Assembly: GCA_951406725.2 (NCBI GenBank)
Contig: OX597821.1
Location: 72,044,001 to 72,108,000 of the forward strand
Source of the DNA: Octopus vulgaris
Taxonomy: Eukaryota
DNA length: 64,000 nucleotides
Direction of reading: 5' to 3'
Shown one piece after another: positions 1 to 13,458 of the stretch. Each line of letters opens with the position of its first letter. The first letter of the stretch is position 1. The translations under genes and the position numbers were made by a program. Below the pieces are notes generated by a model. That model worked only from the letters and a program-made list of their open reading frames with translations, was not told the origin of the DNA and did no database searches.

Positions 1-165
1 TGAGTTCAAATTCCACCTAGGTCGACTTTGCCTTTCATCCTTTCGGGGTCGATTAAATAAGTACCAGTTACGCACTGGGGGTCGATATAATCGATTTAAT
101 CCGTTTGTCTGTCCTTGTTTGTCCTCTCTGTGTTTAGCCGCTTGTGGGTAGTAAAGAAATAGGTA
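1..165 (+). mobile_element. tRNA-derived SINE family A (Meta-domain-like core), 5' part outside window
   Basis: GAGTTCAAATTCC B-box, core GTCGACTTTGCCTTTCATCCTTTCGGGGTCGAT and tail TTTAGCC..TTGTGGG.AGTAAAGAAATA, shared with copies at 1337, 13062, 19107 and 42430. Confidence 0.85.
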
Positions 166-1336
166 TATCGATGTAATAAAAAGGATAGCTTTAACTGTGA
201 CAAGAAAACAAGGTTGTTATGCGATAGGTTTTTAATTTTCTGTGAGTAGAATATTCGTGTTGTCAGTGTCTGTTCTGCAATGTGAATTAGACTGAACACG
301 GCAGCTGAGTTCTAATTCATTCTCTATGATTAGCTATGAACTAATAATTCTTCTGCGGATGAAAGATAGGTGTTCTGATGAAAAGCTTTTCGCGGAGCCC
401 GGGTTTCAGCCCTCCACCGAGATAAAGCCTGTAACAGCCATTTTTATACTTTTCAGAAGAGGCAGAAACTGTATGTTCATTCAAGTGATGAAGAAGAAGA
501 AGAAGAAGAAGAAGAAGAAGAAGAAGAAGAAGAAGAAGAAGAAGAAGAAGAAGAAGAAGAACTTATACCTTACATTTCAAATTATCCAGAAGCGCCGTTT
601 AGCGCGCTATAAATTTATTTCGATTTTTGGCAAACAGGAAACAACTCAGAAGAAACTAACAGGAAGTTGAAGGGTTGTTGCAAGGGAGATAATAATCAAC
701 ACGGATGTCCTGAGAAAGAATATATTAATGAACAGAGGTAGTAGGGAAAATATTTAAAAAGTGGGTCGTAAACGAGTCTAAATAATTCTGTAGGTGGAAA
801 TGTAGAGAAATAATGGCATAAAAATGCCAGTGGCCATGTGTATATCAGGTGAGGGAGTAAGGCAGAGAAAGCGACCAATGCGTATAGAATAAGATACAAG
901 GACGAATATAAAAAGAATCAGGAGGAGAGTTGAGAAAGGCAGGCAAAATGAAGCAGCCTTAGACACAAATGCAGAGACGAGCAGCAGCAGCAGATGTGAA
1001 TAGGAACGTACAGAAAAAAAAGCTGTAAACATAGAAATGTGCAGATAGAGAGATAATACCGAGACGAACACGTGAGCGGATTCTAGCGTCAGGTTCTCAA
1101 TAAGTACAGAATATGTGTAAGAAGGCAAACCCGTAAAGAGACTCACCAAACACAAATATACTCCGGCAATGGCATGCAAATATAAAACTGCTGGCACAAA
1201 TCCTCCTGCACATATGCCTACATTCATACACACACAGACACACACGCACGGCAATCCACACAGCACGTACACACATAGCACATTTACATACAAACGCGAG
1301 TGTACATATAAGATATACACATTCATATACAAAATG

Positions 1337-1684
1337 GGCGGCGAGCTGGCAGAATCGTTAGCACGCCGGGCGAAATGCTTAGCGGTATTTCGTCTGCCGT
1401 TACGTTCTGAGTTCAAATTCCGCAGAGGTCGACTTTGCCTTTCATCCTTTCGGGGTCGATTAACTAAGTACGATATTCGACTTAATCTGTTTGTCTGCCC
1501 TTGTTTGTCCCTCCTGTGTTTAGCCCTTTGTGGGTAGTAAAGAAATACTTTGCCTTTCATCCTTTCGGGGTCGATAAATAAAGTACCGGTTTCACACTGG
1601 GGTCGATGTAATCGACTTAATTCCTTTGTCTGTCCTTGTTCGTCTCCTCTATGTTTAGCCCCTTGTGGGCAATAACGAAAAATA
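1337..1684 (+). mobile_element. SINE family A with internal tandem duplication of core and tail
   Basis: Head GGCGGCGAGCTGGCAGAATCGTTAGC, B-box, core; core and tail repeated at about 1547-1684. Confidence 0.9.
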
Positions 1685-2139
1685 TACGCATTCATATACA
1701 AATAGATACAAGCAACCTGAGATATCTATCTCTTCAGAAAATACGTACACTCATACATTACACGCAGAGAAGCAACAAGAATGCATGTATAAAAATAAGC
1801 ATAAATACACCGAGAAATAAAAGTGTAAAGGAACGCCAACACACCTATACACAGACACAAGTATTAACACACGCATACGCGGATGTAGAAACACATTCAT
1901 AAATGTATATAAGAAAACATACAACACACACACACACACAACTAAGAATTGTTTGGGCAGACAAATTGAAGTTGGGAGAAACAAGGGGGAAATGTGTACC
2001 GTTATAGAGATTAGGTGCCCTGCTGAAGGGAATATTTGTTTGAAAATCAAAGGGAAGAAGGATAAGAACGGACAAAAATTGCTTGGAAATCTCCAGCTTT
2101 TGTATACACATTTATAACAATAATAGTTGGTGTTGGTGT

Positions 2140-2504
2140 GGAGGCGCAATGGCCCAGTGGTTAGGGCAGCGGACTCGCGGTCATAGGATCGCGGTTTCGA
2201 TTCCCAGACCGGGCGTTGTGAGTGTTTATTGAGCGAAAACACCTAAAGCTCCACGAGGCTCCGGCAGGGGATGGTGGTGATCCCTGCTATACTCTTTCTC
2301 TCACTCTTACTTCCTGTTTCTGTTGTACCTGTATTTCAAAGGGCCGGCCTTGTCACGCTCTGTGTCACGCTGAATATCCCCGAGAACTACGTTAAGGGTA
2401 CACGTGTCTGTGGAGTACTCAGCCACTTACACGTTAATTTCACGAGCAGGCTGTTCCGTTGATTCGGAGCAACCGGAACCCTCATTGTCGTAACCGACGG
2501 AGTG
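2140..2504 (+). mobile_element. tRNA-derived SINE family B, near full length
   Basis: GGAGGCGCAATGGCCCAGTGGTTAGG (A box) ... GGTTTCGATTCCC (B box); homologous copies at 2773, 32675 (-) and 53757. Confidence 0.9.
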
Positions 2505-2772
2505 AAAAGAAGGAAGTTGGTGTTGGTGCACTTGGTTTTGTGAGCAAATGCCTAAGTGACAATCTGGATAAACTAGGGTTTTCACAGAAAGAATTCATCA
2601 AGGCAACATGAACCATTAAAAATACAATCTGTAAGCGAGCAGTAAAAGTATGCAAAACTTTTCTGAAGTTTAAAATGTGTTTGTTTTTATCTATATTCCA
2701 ATGACGGTTCTTTGTATCTTTGGTAGAAACCATCTCTTTCCTCACATGAAGATTCCAAATAATTTAAGCCAT

Positions 2773-2970
2773 AGAGCAGCGGACTCGCGGTTATAGGATC
2801 GCGGTTTCGATTCCTAGACTGGGTGTTGTGAGTGTTTATTGAGCGAAATAATAATAATAATAATAATAATAGTAATAATAGTAATAATAAAGCTCCACGA
2901 GGCTCCAGCAGGGGATGGTGGCGATCCCTGCTGTACTCTTTCGCCACAACTTTCTCTCACTCTTTCTTCT
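2773..2970 (+). mobile_element. SINE family B partial copy interrupted by (AAT)n
   Basis: Matches 2165-2300 with an (AAT)n tract at about 2848-2890. Confidence 0.8.
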
Positions 2971-2992
2971 GTTGGTCTGCTGAGAGAGATTA

Positions 2993-3029
<37 letters not shown>

Positions 3030-3114
3030 AGGAGGAGGAGGAGAAGAAGAAAAAGAAGAAGAAGAAGAAGAAGAAGAAGAAGAAGAAGAAGAAGAAGAAG
3101 AAGAAGAAGAAGAA

Positions 3115-3575
3115 TCTGTGCTGCCTAAGAATAGACAACACCGCAGAAAGTGATAAGTGCAGAATCTGTGGACAAAACGGTGAAACTATATGGCATATTA
3201 TCAGCCAATGTACGCCACTAGCCCAGACGCAAAAATGCGTCTCACAGCCATATGTTGACAGGAATTCTCTGGGGTTTAAATAATTCACCTCTGGAAACAT
3301 AGGTGTTATGTTCAACATCCTTAAACAACCCTTAATCAGGGATCTGGTATGGGCTACTCGACTTGAAGAAAATTCTAACTGGGCCCCACTTGCAAGGTCA
3401 TGCGCTGTTTATTTTGATATGAGATCACAATCTCGCGCACATATGGTTGTGATGCATGGGCCTGGTGTACCTTTATCAGACGGGTAGTCATGATGGTGTA
3501 CTGGGCTTCGTATATTTTATCCCAGTACCACTTTGATGGCATGTACTGCTCTCTTCACTCAATAATGATAATAAG
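3115..3575 (+). mobile_element. R4/Dong-like (restriction-like endonuclease, RLE) LINE relic, internally deleted, with 3' UTR
   Basis: Translates to DKCRICGQNGETIWHIISQCTPLAQT (CCHC motif preceding the RLE); ends in an (AAT)-type tail. Confidence 0.7.
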
Positions 3576-3589
3576 TGATGTAAATTGAG

Positions 3590-4410
3590 TAGACCCAAAG
3601 TGCTGATACTGCAATGATGAGATTGTAACAATGGACCACCTAATTTCTGTTTGTAAAGTTTTAGCACCTGTAGAGTATAAATTAAGACATGACAGAGTTG
3701 GCCGATATCTACACTGGTTAATACATCGGGATTATAAAATCAAAACTGCTGACAAATGGTAAAAGCACCAGCCTGAGGTTGTAACTGAGGGAGAAAATGT
3801 AACGATTCCAGCATATACATATCGGACCATCAAATCAATTAAACCAGATATGGTTGTGAAAGACCAAAACAATAAATTCAGTTTATTGATTGACACATGC
3901 AAACCCTGTGATCATAATACTTCGACAAAATTATTTCATAAGCTCAGAAAATATAAATATTTACTGATTGAAATCGAAAATATGTGGCATCTCAAGATGG
4001 TTACAACACCAGTGGTTGTAAGAGCACCGGGAATAATCAAAAAAGGAACTGAAAATTATTTAAGAATGATCCCGGGCTTACCATTCATGCAGAAAGTGCA
4101 AAAAATTGTCTTAACTGTTACGTCACACATATTGAGAAGAACATTTCCACTGTGAGTTTTCTTTTCTATTACTCCTATATTTTCTTTGCTTTTTTATATT
4201 ACCTATTTTTTCTATTTTGTCTTCTTTCTTTTTTCATTCTTTCTTCCCCTTTTTTCTACCACATGACTTTGTAAATGAGCAATCTGGTATGTTTATTTTA
4301 ATGGCCTGCCAAGTATACAGTAAGTTTCTTTGCCCTATGTGTCGGGAAGACACTCGGCAAGAAATGGAAACAAAATTGAAAAAAGAGGATAATAATAATA
4401 ATAAATGGTA
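3590..4410 (+). pseudogene. R4/Dong-like LINE 3' relic: CCHC plus RLE domain
   Basis: KLRHDRVGRYLHWLI ... KPDMVVKD ... LLID ... KLRKYKYLLIEIENMWHLK ... PVVV ... VQKIVL ... HILRR, with stops; ends in (AAT)n. Confidence 0.8.
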
Positions 4411-4924
4411 GAATAGATAAATAAAAGAAAGGTAATTAGAAAACCAGCGCCTGAACAGACACTGAGATTCTGTATATCGTTGACGGGATATTCGGCTTCT
4501 ATCACGCTGCTGGGCGTCTGTCACTGAGGAACTCATGGTAGGATGAAGTCACGGGATCTGGTAGTTTCGGTGAGCGTAGCAGACGATTCTCGTCTGTCAA
4601 CGATATAATTACAAGTGCTTATATCCATCGCGAGAAATTATGAAAGATCCTTCCAAGGTTAATAACGCAGTATTCAGTGTTCTAACACAACCTCCACGAT
4701 AAGCTGGAGATCAAGATTATGGTATCAATATTTCTTCTGACGCTACGAAACACTTTATAAATAGAAATATTTCCAAAGGTGGAAAGTAAAAGAAAAAGAA
4801 GAATGCAAATTGGTAAGAAGGTATTCAGTTATGAATTACGTGAATTAAAAGCCAGGTTGTGGAGAAATGACACACGTAGTATAAGAAAAAGAAAAGTGGT
4901 AATGTGTAATAGTTTCAAATAAAA

Positions 4925-5130
4925 GTGGCAAAGTGCCAGAATCGTTAAGACGTCGGACAAAAGACTTAGCGACATTTCTTCCGGATCTTTACGCACTGAG
5001 GTCAAATCTCATCGAGATCAACTTTACTTTTCATCCCTTTGGGTTCGACAAAATAAGTCCTTACTTGTGAAGCACAGAGATCGATGGAATTGAATTGGCC
5101 CTCTCTCAAAATTTCTGGCCCTTGAACCGT
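4925..5130 (+). mobile_element. Degenerate SINE family A
   Basis: CAGAATCGTTAAGACGTCGGAC ... TTTTCATCCCTTTGGGTTCGAC resembles the family A head and core. Confidence 0.6.
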
Positions 5131-5471
5131 ATAAGGGCCAGGTAGAATGTTGTAATCTCGGTTACTTACTCGTATGGCAACTTGGTAACTGGCCTTAGAT
5201 ATATATGTACATACACACACACACGTTTATGAAATTGTGTCGTAAGATTCCTGATGTGAAACCGTGTGTTGAAACAGATATTGTTGCATTTCGGGATAGT
5301 CATTTTCCCTTTTGGCACCAAATAAACACTCGCCCTATATGTTCGTTCTTCATTCGTTTATCGCTGTTCGTATGTTATCTTATGTCCATTGTCCAGAAGT
5401 CTTTCGTTACACATCTGTGACCTCGTCAGTGACACTTTCCATACTCGTGTGTGCTCCTGTTCCGCTTCGGC

Positions 5472-5508
<37 letters not shown>

Positions 5509-6151
5509 CCTAGAGACTTATTTTCCCTTCTAATGGCATTCAAAATGGTGTGCATCTGAGTGACTTTACGGCAGTCATTTGGGTGTCCTTTTTCGCGATT
5601 GCTTGGATGTATAGAGATATGTAATCGATAGAGCGTCGAACAAAATAGCTTTTTTTCACTTTCATTTACTTTTTCTCTTGTGTATGAAATCCTCCCAGAG
5701 CAACTCTGCGAGGTCAGTAAAATATTTGGCCAGTGCTATCGAGTGTACAGTAGGAGGTGACCAATCGGCCAAAACAAGAGTTCGACGACTGGAAAACGTC
5801 AAAGAATTCAGTCATATCATGAAATAATCTCAACACTGTCTTCCCTGGAGCCCTGCATCTGGCATCCATCATTTTCTATCGTTTGCATTATTCCAGCCTC
5901 AAAAGTGAAAATGCTTTTGTTTTGATAGGATTAAATATTTAAGCATTTCACAATCTTAATGCTTTCTTTGGTAATGTATATGCTGTTTCTGTGTGGACTT
6001 AATTTATGTGTGCATCTGTGAATGCGTCTAAAAATATTTTGTCTGCCTCCGTATATGGGCGTTCGTATGTTACGCTTGAATAGAAAATGTGTGTAGATAC
6101 ATGTTTGTACGTTACGTATGGGTTTGCATATTTCATACACATATATCATAT

Positions 6152-6189
<38 letters not shown>

Positions 6190-6367
6190 CTAAATGCATG
6201 CATGCATACATTGGAGCGAATGTATATTTGTATCCATGTAAATATATATATATATATACATATATGAACATATATAGACATATGAACACACACAGACACA
6301 TGTATATGCATATTTAAATATGTATGTGTGTGTGTCTGTGTGTACACACACACAAACAAACACACAC

Positions 6368-6427
<60 letters not shown>

Positions 6428-6999
6428 CGTGTGTGTGTGTGCATTGAACCGTGAATATACTGCAGTGAAGCTATGTCTGCATCAAGATATATATATATAT
6501 ATATGTGTGAGTGTGGGAATTATGCTATCTTAAATGAATATATTTGTACAAGAATGCCAATGGGCGTGTTCACATGCATATGCACGTATGCGCCTGCTCG
6601 TGTGTGCGTGTGCGTGTGTAGGTGTGTGTGTGCATGTGTGTGTGCATATGTGCAGTCATAGTATATATTTCTCTCAACACATTTCCTTACGAGAGTGTAT
6701 ACTTGAATAAAATTTATTTTTTCTGCGCAAGAATAACCGTATGACCGGTAAAATTGCACTTGAAAAATCTTATTTCAAGAGCTCTTTTTATATGAAGCAG
6801 TGCATTACAAAACAGTTATTGTTTACATTACAAAAATTTATTTTCATTTTTATCTTTATATCTATATTTGATCGCAATATAATCAAAAAAGAAAGACATG
6901 GCAAATACACAATATGAAAGCGCACCTTTGATCCAAGTCTGATTAAGTTTCCCTCTGAAGTTTAAAACCGCTAATATTTCGTAGATTTTCACTTGGTTC

Positions 7000-8025
7000 G
7001 GTTGCATGAGCAGCTCTTATTAATAACTGCAGTGTTTCTTCCCGCTAAGCTGACTTCTGAATTTTCAAAGATTTCAAAAGTAACTAGTAGCGACTTCTCT
7101 TGGAAATCAACAAAATTTGACATCGTGGTGTTACCAAGTACTTGCAGAAAAAGGGTTTAGCCCCCCCCCCCCCCAAGATATTCATGTTGATATGGTTACT
7201 ATATTAGGGGGATGACATTCCAGCTTTACCTTCAGTGCAAAGATGGGCAGTTGAATTTTGGAGAGTCTTGAAGATGACCCAAGATCTGAACGTCCTGTAA
7301 CTGCCATCATCGATAAAACCATTGATTGTGTTCACCACATGATGATGGAGGAGAGGCGAATTGATTGTAAATCAAATAGCCGATGTTACTAGTATATTCT
7401 GCACATTCAACTTGGCATGATGAAGGTTTCTGCTCGGTGGGTGCCACGTCATCAGACGCTTAATTCAAAGCGCACAACTTTGGTCACAGCACGGAAAAAT
7501 ATGACATTGTTTGAGGCAGATCCAGCTGGCTTCCTTGAACGTTTCCTAAGCCAAGATGAGTATTGACTTAATCACTTTAAGTCAGAGACAAAGAGATAAT
7601 CCATTCAATGGAAACACCTCACCTCATTTGCTCCAAAGAAGGCCTAGATCGATTTATCTTCAAGAAAGGTCATGGCTTCAGTTTTGGAAGATGCAAAACG
7701 CATTGACTATCTTCAAAAGGGCCACAACGTTAATGGCGTGTACTATGCCCACTTGCTAAGGCGGTTAGGAAAACGTATCAAGACCAAACGCCCAGGAAAA
7801 CTGACAAAGGGGTTCTTGTTATAAACTAGCTGATCGCCCTCCTTCCTCTCCATCTGACTATCATCTGCTCCGCAAAATGAAAAACACTTTGCTGGGAATC
7901 AGCATCTCGCAGGGATGAAGACGTCATATCTGCAGATAATGACGTTTTTGATCAACTGGATGAAAGTTTCATCACTGCAACAACATTAGAAGAAGTCAGT
8001 GGACCGCAAGGAGAACTATGTTTAA
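7000..8025 (+). pseudogene. Decayed mariner transposase
   Basis: HRGVTKYLQKKGLAP, SLEDDPRSERP, KVSARWVPRH, LSQDE.W, IDYLQKGHNVNG.YYAHLL, PSDYHL motifs, with frameshifts and stops. Confidence 0.85.
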
Positions 8026-8177
8026 ACATATATATGTATACATACACACACACACACGCACGCACACACACACACACACACATACACATATAAATATATA
8101 TATATCTATATATAACCTTTTATTCTTTTACTTGTTTCAGTCATCTGATTGCGGCCATGATGAATCACCCCAGGCTG

Positions 8178-8491
8178 CAACCACTTGATTATTATATGTG
8201 GGACGGAGTTGAGCAAGAGACCAACAAAACTCCTCGTAACAACAAAGATGAACTGAACGCAAAGATTATGGCGGCATTTACATCTTAAACCGTCCAGAAG
8301 AGGTGCAGGAGATTCCGAAGTCACCTGAAGACCATGGTTGGAGCCAATAGCGATTTTATTGAATAAATTTACTCTTTAGTATTTCAAGATATTTTTATGT
8401 AAGTTTGGTAAATATATCTGTTAAAATAAGATGTCAGTGTTATTTTCATCTTTGCCTAATTTAGACGACAATTTATTCACCGCACCCTGTA
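8178..8491 (+). mobile_element. Tc1/mariner-superfamily 3' relic with terminal repeat
   Basis: PLDYYMWDGVEQETNKTPRNNKDEL (post-catalytic Tc1/ITm-like segment); ends CACCGCACCCTGTA (reverse complement TACAGGGTGCGG). Confidence 0.65.
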
Positions 8492-8552
8492 AATACGTTT
8501 TCATATGTATTTGCATGTATATACTTATATATGCATACACACACACATACAT

Positions 8553-8603
<51 letters not shown>

Positions 8604-9199
8604 AAGAGGGGGGGAGAGAGAGATTAATTTTTCTGTCAAATTTCCTTGCTTTAAATTTCTCAATAGTAAAAAAAAGTAAATTCTTGGATTTCATTTCTGT
8701 TTCCTTGCACTTATCTAATTTGTCCTTTGGCTATCGTCTTTGTTGTTACATTGCGGCCACAACTTCCTACTTCCGCTTTTACTTCTGCTATCGCTACTTC
8801 TACTTCATCCTAACTGCCAATGAACTGGCTTCCTGTCTATAATTGTGTTCTGCTCAGGTTCTGTTTCTCGAGGAGGCCGGGCAGAAGAAGAGCGTGCAAA
8901 AGCGTCTTTCTCTAAGACTTTTGTGACATGATAGAAAGAAGAGATGAAAGTTTGATTGGGAGAAGTAGAAAGAAGTAGCGGTTTACTTCAAGAGTTAGAT
9001 ATTGTGTGGCTGATTATAAAAAAACTGAACGAGGGAGGGAGAGAGAGGTGTAGACGATGAAGAGGAAAGAAAGAAAAAGTTACATCCACATAGACATAGA
9101 AAAATATAAGAGAAATACTGTTACTACACACAAATATCGGCGGCCATTTCTTAACGAGGCTTCACTCACAGACTTCAACCACTGAATCTCTGACACATT

Positions 9200-9420
9200 G
9201 TTTCTTAACGAAATAATTGCTGATTTACAAGCACGCTATTCTCCACTCTGCTTCTTGTATTGCTATTACAACGGCATCTGTTCCACTGAATTACGAAACA
9301 TCATATCAACTCCAGCCACACATTCTAGATACATCTGTCTCGCCTCCTCCAACCAACAATATCCTATCTCAGTCACTACATCCAGCACTAAACACTTTTC
9401 AGTTGCCTCCCTTGATCTAT
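9200..9420 (+). mobile_element. CR1/Jockey-group LINE ORF2 C-terminal relic
   Basis: SPLCFLYCYYNGICSTEL ... HSRY resembles the conserved post-RT segment of this group. Confidence 0.5.
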
Positions 9421-9551
9421 AGTTTTCCGGGACTCGCAGGAATAGTGGACTCGGAAAAGAAAATGGAAGCCAGAAAGAGGAGATTCAAATTCAGATTACT
9501 GAAAGGAAGAGAAAACAAGCACAAAAGCCTGCTCTAAACACAGCAGCACAG

Positions 9552-10460
9552 CCTTATGTTTTACATGTGGGGGAAAAGGTCACATGAAGGCGAGGTGCCC
9601 CCACAGGGAACAACAAATAGAGCAGACAGAGAGGCAGGAGAGCACGGACCAGGTGCCACAGGTCGAGATAAAGGAGAAAGCAACGGAGGAGGGTTTCACG
9701 GTGATTAAAAAAAGAAAGAGAATTGAGAGAGTGAGATCTCAGCCAGAGCAGCTGAAAAAGAAGAAAGAAGAGATGGAAAAGGAGGAGACCAGAAGGAAGG
9801 AAGACGAAATGGTGGTGGAAAAAATGAACGAAAGGAACCCGAAGAAGTGTTCAATGAGGTGTTGCATGAGGAGGAGACATTGGCGAGGACACCGGTTGTT
9901 CCGGTGGAGGAGGAAAGTTTGGAAATACAACTGGAGAGTCTGCTCAGGGAGGTGGAAGAAAAGAAGGTGACAGGAGCAGAGCAGGAAAGGAGAAAACAAA
10001 TGAGAAAAGGAAAATTTAGATGGATTTTGTGATGTACACAAAAAGCAAAGAAACTGAAAAGAAAGTAGTAAAGTTTAAGAGCATTATAAGAGTTAAGTTG
10101 CCCACGGATGTGTATTCCGAGAATGTGAAGGCCATCGTGGTCGATAAGGACACCTACAACAGACTAAAAGACATGTGTGGAGAAGTCATTGACCCGCCAA
10201 GAGTAATGGTGGAGTTCGATGAATTGACACTTGTAGTGGAGCTAAAAGATTTAGAACCCTTCATGAAATATTAAAAAGGGAAAAAGTAAGTAAAATTGTT
10301 TTATTGAAGAAAGAAAGAGGGAAAAAAGTAAAATTGCTTCATTTTTTTAAAAAGAGGAAAAAACGAGAAAAAAAACAAGAAGATAATAGAACGATTGTAA
10401 ATAATTTATATAAACGTTCAAATAGTACTGCATAGGAGTGGGGCCCATGCAGTTATTTCA
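9552..10460 (+). mobile_element. ORF1-like (CCHC zinc knuckle) non-autonomous element, copy 1
   Basis: CFTCGGKGHMKARCP = CX2CX4HX4C, followed by a K/E-rich region; aligns along its length with 10767-11650. Confidence 0.75.
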
Positions 10461-10649
10461 TTTTGGGTACTTTTGCCAACGTACTTTTGTGTACTTTTGC
10501 CACCGTACTGTGGCAAACGTGTGGCCAGGGTGCGAGTTGGCAAAGTGACCCCAGAACTGAAAGAAGCATGACTGATGACAGCCATAATGCATGACATGAA
10601 TGAGGGGGCCAAGATACAGAAGGCCACAAGAACGCAAATAATTAACTAC

Positions 10650-11757
10650 TGAGGATATGGAATAGAGTTAACCGTTCAAGCAATAGTGGAAGACCTAAAC
10701 AGAATTGTCGAAGAGGTAGTGCTCCCGACGAGATAAGACTGAGAGTGGTGGTGGAGGGCAGGCCACCTACATGTTATACATGTGGGGGGGGGGAGGCCAC
10801 ATGAAGGCGAGGTGCCCCCACAGGGAACAACAGATAGAGCAGACGTAGAGGCCGGAGAGCACGGACCAGGTGGTCGAGATAAAGAGAAAGCAACGGAGGA
10901 GGGGTTCACGGTGTTTAAAGAAAGAAAGAGAAGTGGGAGAGTAAGCTCTCCGCCAGAGCAGCAGAAAAAGAAGAAAGACGAGATGGGAAATGAGGAGACC
11001 AGAAGGAAGGAGGACGAAATGGTGGTGGATAAAATAAGAGAAGAGGAACTTGAAGCGTTCACGGGGGGGGAGTTGCATAAGGAACAGACATTGGCGAAGA
11101 CACCGGTTGTTCCGGTGGAGGGAAAAAATTTAGAAACGCAAGTGGAGAGACTGTCCAGAGTAAAAGAAGGTACCGGGAGCGGAGCAGGACAAGAAAAGGA
11201 AAATTTAGATGGAATTTTGTGATGTACATAAAAAGCAAAGAAACTGAAAAGAAAATATTAAAGTTTAAACATATCATAAGAGTAAAGTTGCCCACGGATG
11301 TGTATTCCGAGAATGTGAAGGCCATCGTGGTCGACAAGGACACCTATAACAGACTAAAAGACGTTTGGCGAAGGGATTGACCCGCCAGGTGTGATGGTGG
11401 AATACGATGAATTGCCACCTGTAGTGGAGCTAAAAGATTTAGAACCCTTCATGAAATATTAAAAGGAAACAAGTAAGTAAAATTGTTTTATTGAAGAAAG
11501 AAAGAAGGAAAAAAATGTATCTTTTAAAAAGAAAAAAGAGGAAAAAACGAGATTAAGGAAAAACAAGAAGTTAATAGAACGATTGTAAATAATTTGTATA
11601 AACGTTCAAATGGTACTGCTTGGGAGTGGGGCCCATGCAGCTATTTCCTTTTTCCTTTTTATATAAATATCTCATTTTCATTCGTTTTATGTTTTTGTCC
11701 CCACTGTAGTGTCCCCTCTGTGTTGTGGCCGTCGTGCCAAAATAAAAAGAAAGCATA
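10650..11757 (+). mobile_element. ORF1-like L1/Tx1-type element lacking ORF2 (HAL1-like), copy 2 with 3' end
   Basis: RLRVVVEGRPPTCYTCG..GHMKARCP (frameshift in the G run); no endonuclease or RT sequence follows; ends with an AATAAA tail at about 11741. Confidence 0.75.
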
Positions 11758-12719
11758 ATTTATAATTTCCTAACTATATATATATGGTTGAATGTATGTG
11801 TGTGTTATGTATGTTGTTATATGTGTGTAGAGAGATGAATGGGGAGAGGAAGGAGAGAGAGAGAGGAAGAATGAAAGAAAGGAAGAAAATAGCAATGATG
11901 ATGTATCATCTCAAATATTCACTGAAAAATACGAAGGGAAAAGTAACAAAATGTAAAAGTGTTTGTGTAAAGAAAAGGATTTCACAAATATCGAGAGACG
12001 CAGAGAAGTCTCTTGAAAACATGAAATACAAGGAAACGGAGAAGAAACGATGCCAAATGGATTCGAACTCCAGTGGCTTAAATCAAGAGAAATATATTAG
12101 ATTACATACTTCCAAAACAACAGTATAGCCACGGCTGAAGTACCTTTGTTCATTGATTTTTCTCTCTTAGCGTTGATCTGGAACCAAACAATTCAAACAA
12201 ATGGTGGTCGGGTTCGGCAAAAGTTCTTTAATAAATTTCACCAATTAGCTTAGTTATAAGCGCGGATGATATGGCGAAACTTCTCTCAAAGCGCTTCTTC
12301 AGAGAACAAATGTTAAATATTTGGAATAACACTGGACAATTAGTTCTTCTTCTTCTTCTTCTTCTTCTTCTTCTTCTTCTTCTTCTTCTTCTTCTTCTTC
12401 TTGTTACCCCACCGAATGAAGGTTTATTCGAAACCCCTCCACATCCTTTATCCTCTGACCCCATGATACAGGAACAAAACTCGATCGAGGTTAGCAAACA
12501 ACCTTGTCGTTTCCCCCCTCAAAAACCAAGGAATTTTCATTCAATACAAACAAAAGTGACGTTGTGGCTCTGCAGGAGTTGTGGGAATGGAAAACAATTA
12601 TACTAACTCCCTTATACTCACGGAATCTTGTATACAATTGAAGGGCCATAATCAACCTCCCTGTGGTGTATTATATTTAGAAAAGAATTTATCCCAGCAA
12701 GATAGAGTTAAGGTAAGGT

Positions 12720-13032
12720 ATGATTTAGAATGTAAGCATGGACGAAATGCTGCTAAGCATTTTTTCCGGCGTGCTAACGATTCTGCCAGCCAACTCGCCA
12801 TCTTACGTATATATCTATACTGGTTTCAAATTTCGCCACAATGCTAGAAGTTTTGGGGGAGAGGGTAAATTGATTAAATCGACCCCAGAGCTCAATTGGT
12901 AGTTATTTTATCGTTCCCGAAAGGACGAAGAGCAAAGTCAACCTCAGAATTTGAACTTTGGACATAAAGACGGACTAAATGCCGCTAAGCGTTTTATTCG
13001 GCATACTGATGATTCCACCAGCTCGTCGCCTT
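12720..13032 (-). mobile_element. Two degenerate SINE family A fragments
   Basis: Reverse complements of GGCGAGYTGGCAGAATCGTTAGC heads at about 12800 and 13030. Confidence 0.7.
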
Positions 13033-13061
13033 ATATGTATATCGATATATATTCTTGCTAA

Positions 13062-13458
13062 AGCGGCGAACTGGCAGAACCGTTAGCACGCCGGGCGAAA
13101 TGCTTAGCGGTATTTCGTCTGCCGCTACGTTTTGAGTTCAAATTCCGCTGAGATCGACTTTGCCTTTCATCCTTTCGGGGTCGATAAATTAAGTACCAGT
13201 TACGTACTGGGGTCGATGTAATCGACTTAATCCATTTGTCTGTCCTTGTTTGCCCTCTCTGTGTTTAGCCCCTTGTGGGTAGTAAAGAAATAGGTATTTC
13301 GTCTGTCTTTATTTTCTGAGTTCAAATTCCGCCAATGTCGACTTTGCCTTTAATCCTTTCAGGGTCGATAAATTAAGTACTAGTTGCGTACTGGGATCGA
13401 TCTAATCAACTGGCTCCCTCCCCCAAAATTTCAGGCCTTGTACCTAGAGTAGAAAAGG
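13062..13458 (+). mobile_element. SINE family A, dimeric (core repeated, two different tails)
   Basis: Full head, core and tail (13062-13292), then a second B-box and core with tail CCCTCCCCCAAAATTTCAGGCCTTGTACCTAGAGTAGAAA. Confidence 0.9.

Noticed and set aside
370-470. CTGATGA motif as a possible hammerhead
   Set aside because: No correctly spaced GAAA with compatible stems I and III
778-1701. 307-aa minus-strand ORF
   Set aside because: Made of antisense SINE A plus low-complexity sequence; no domain recognised
2140-2212. Possible tRNA genes at SINE heads
   Set aside because: They continue into repeated SINE bodies and lack a clean cloverleaf with acceptor stem
4453-4607. 15-bp inverted ends TATATCGTTGAC / GTCAACGATATA
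   Set aside because: Possibly an old MITE, but single copy in the window and too little support
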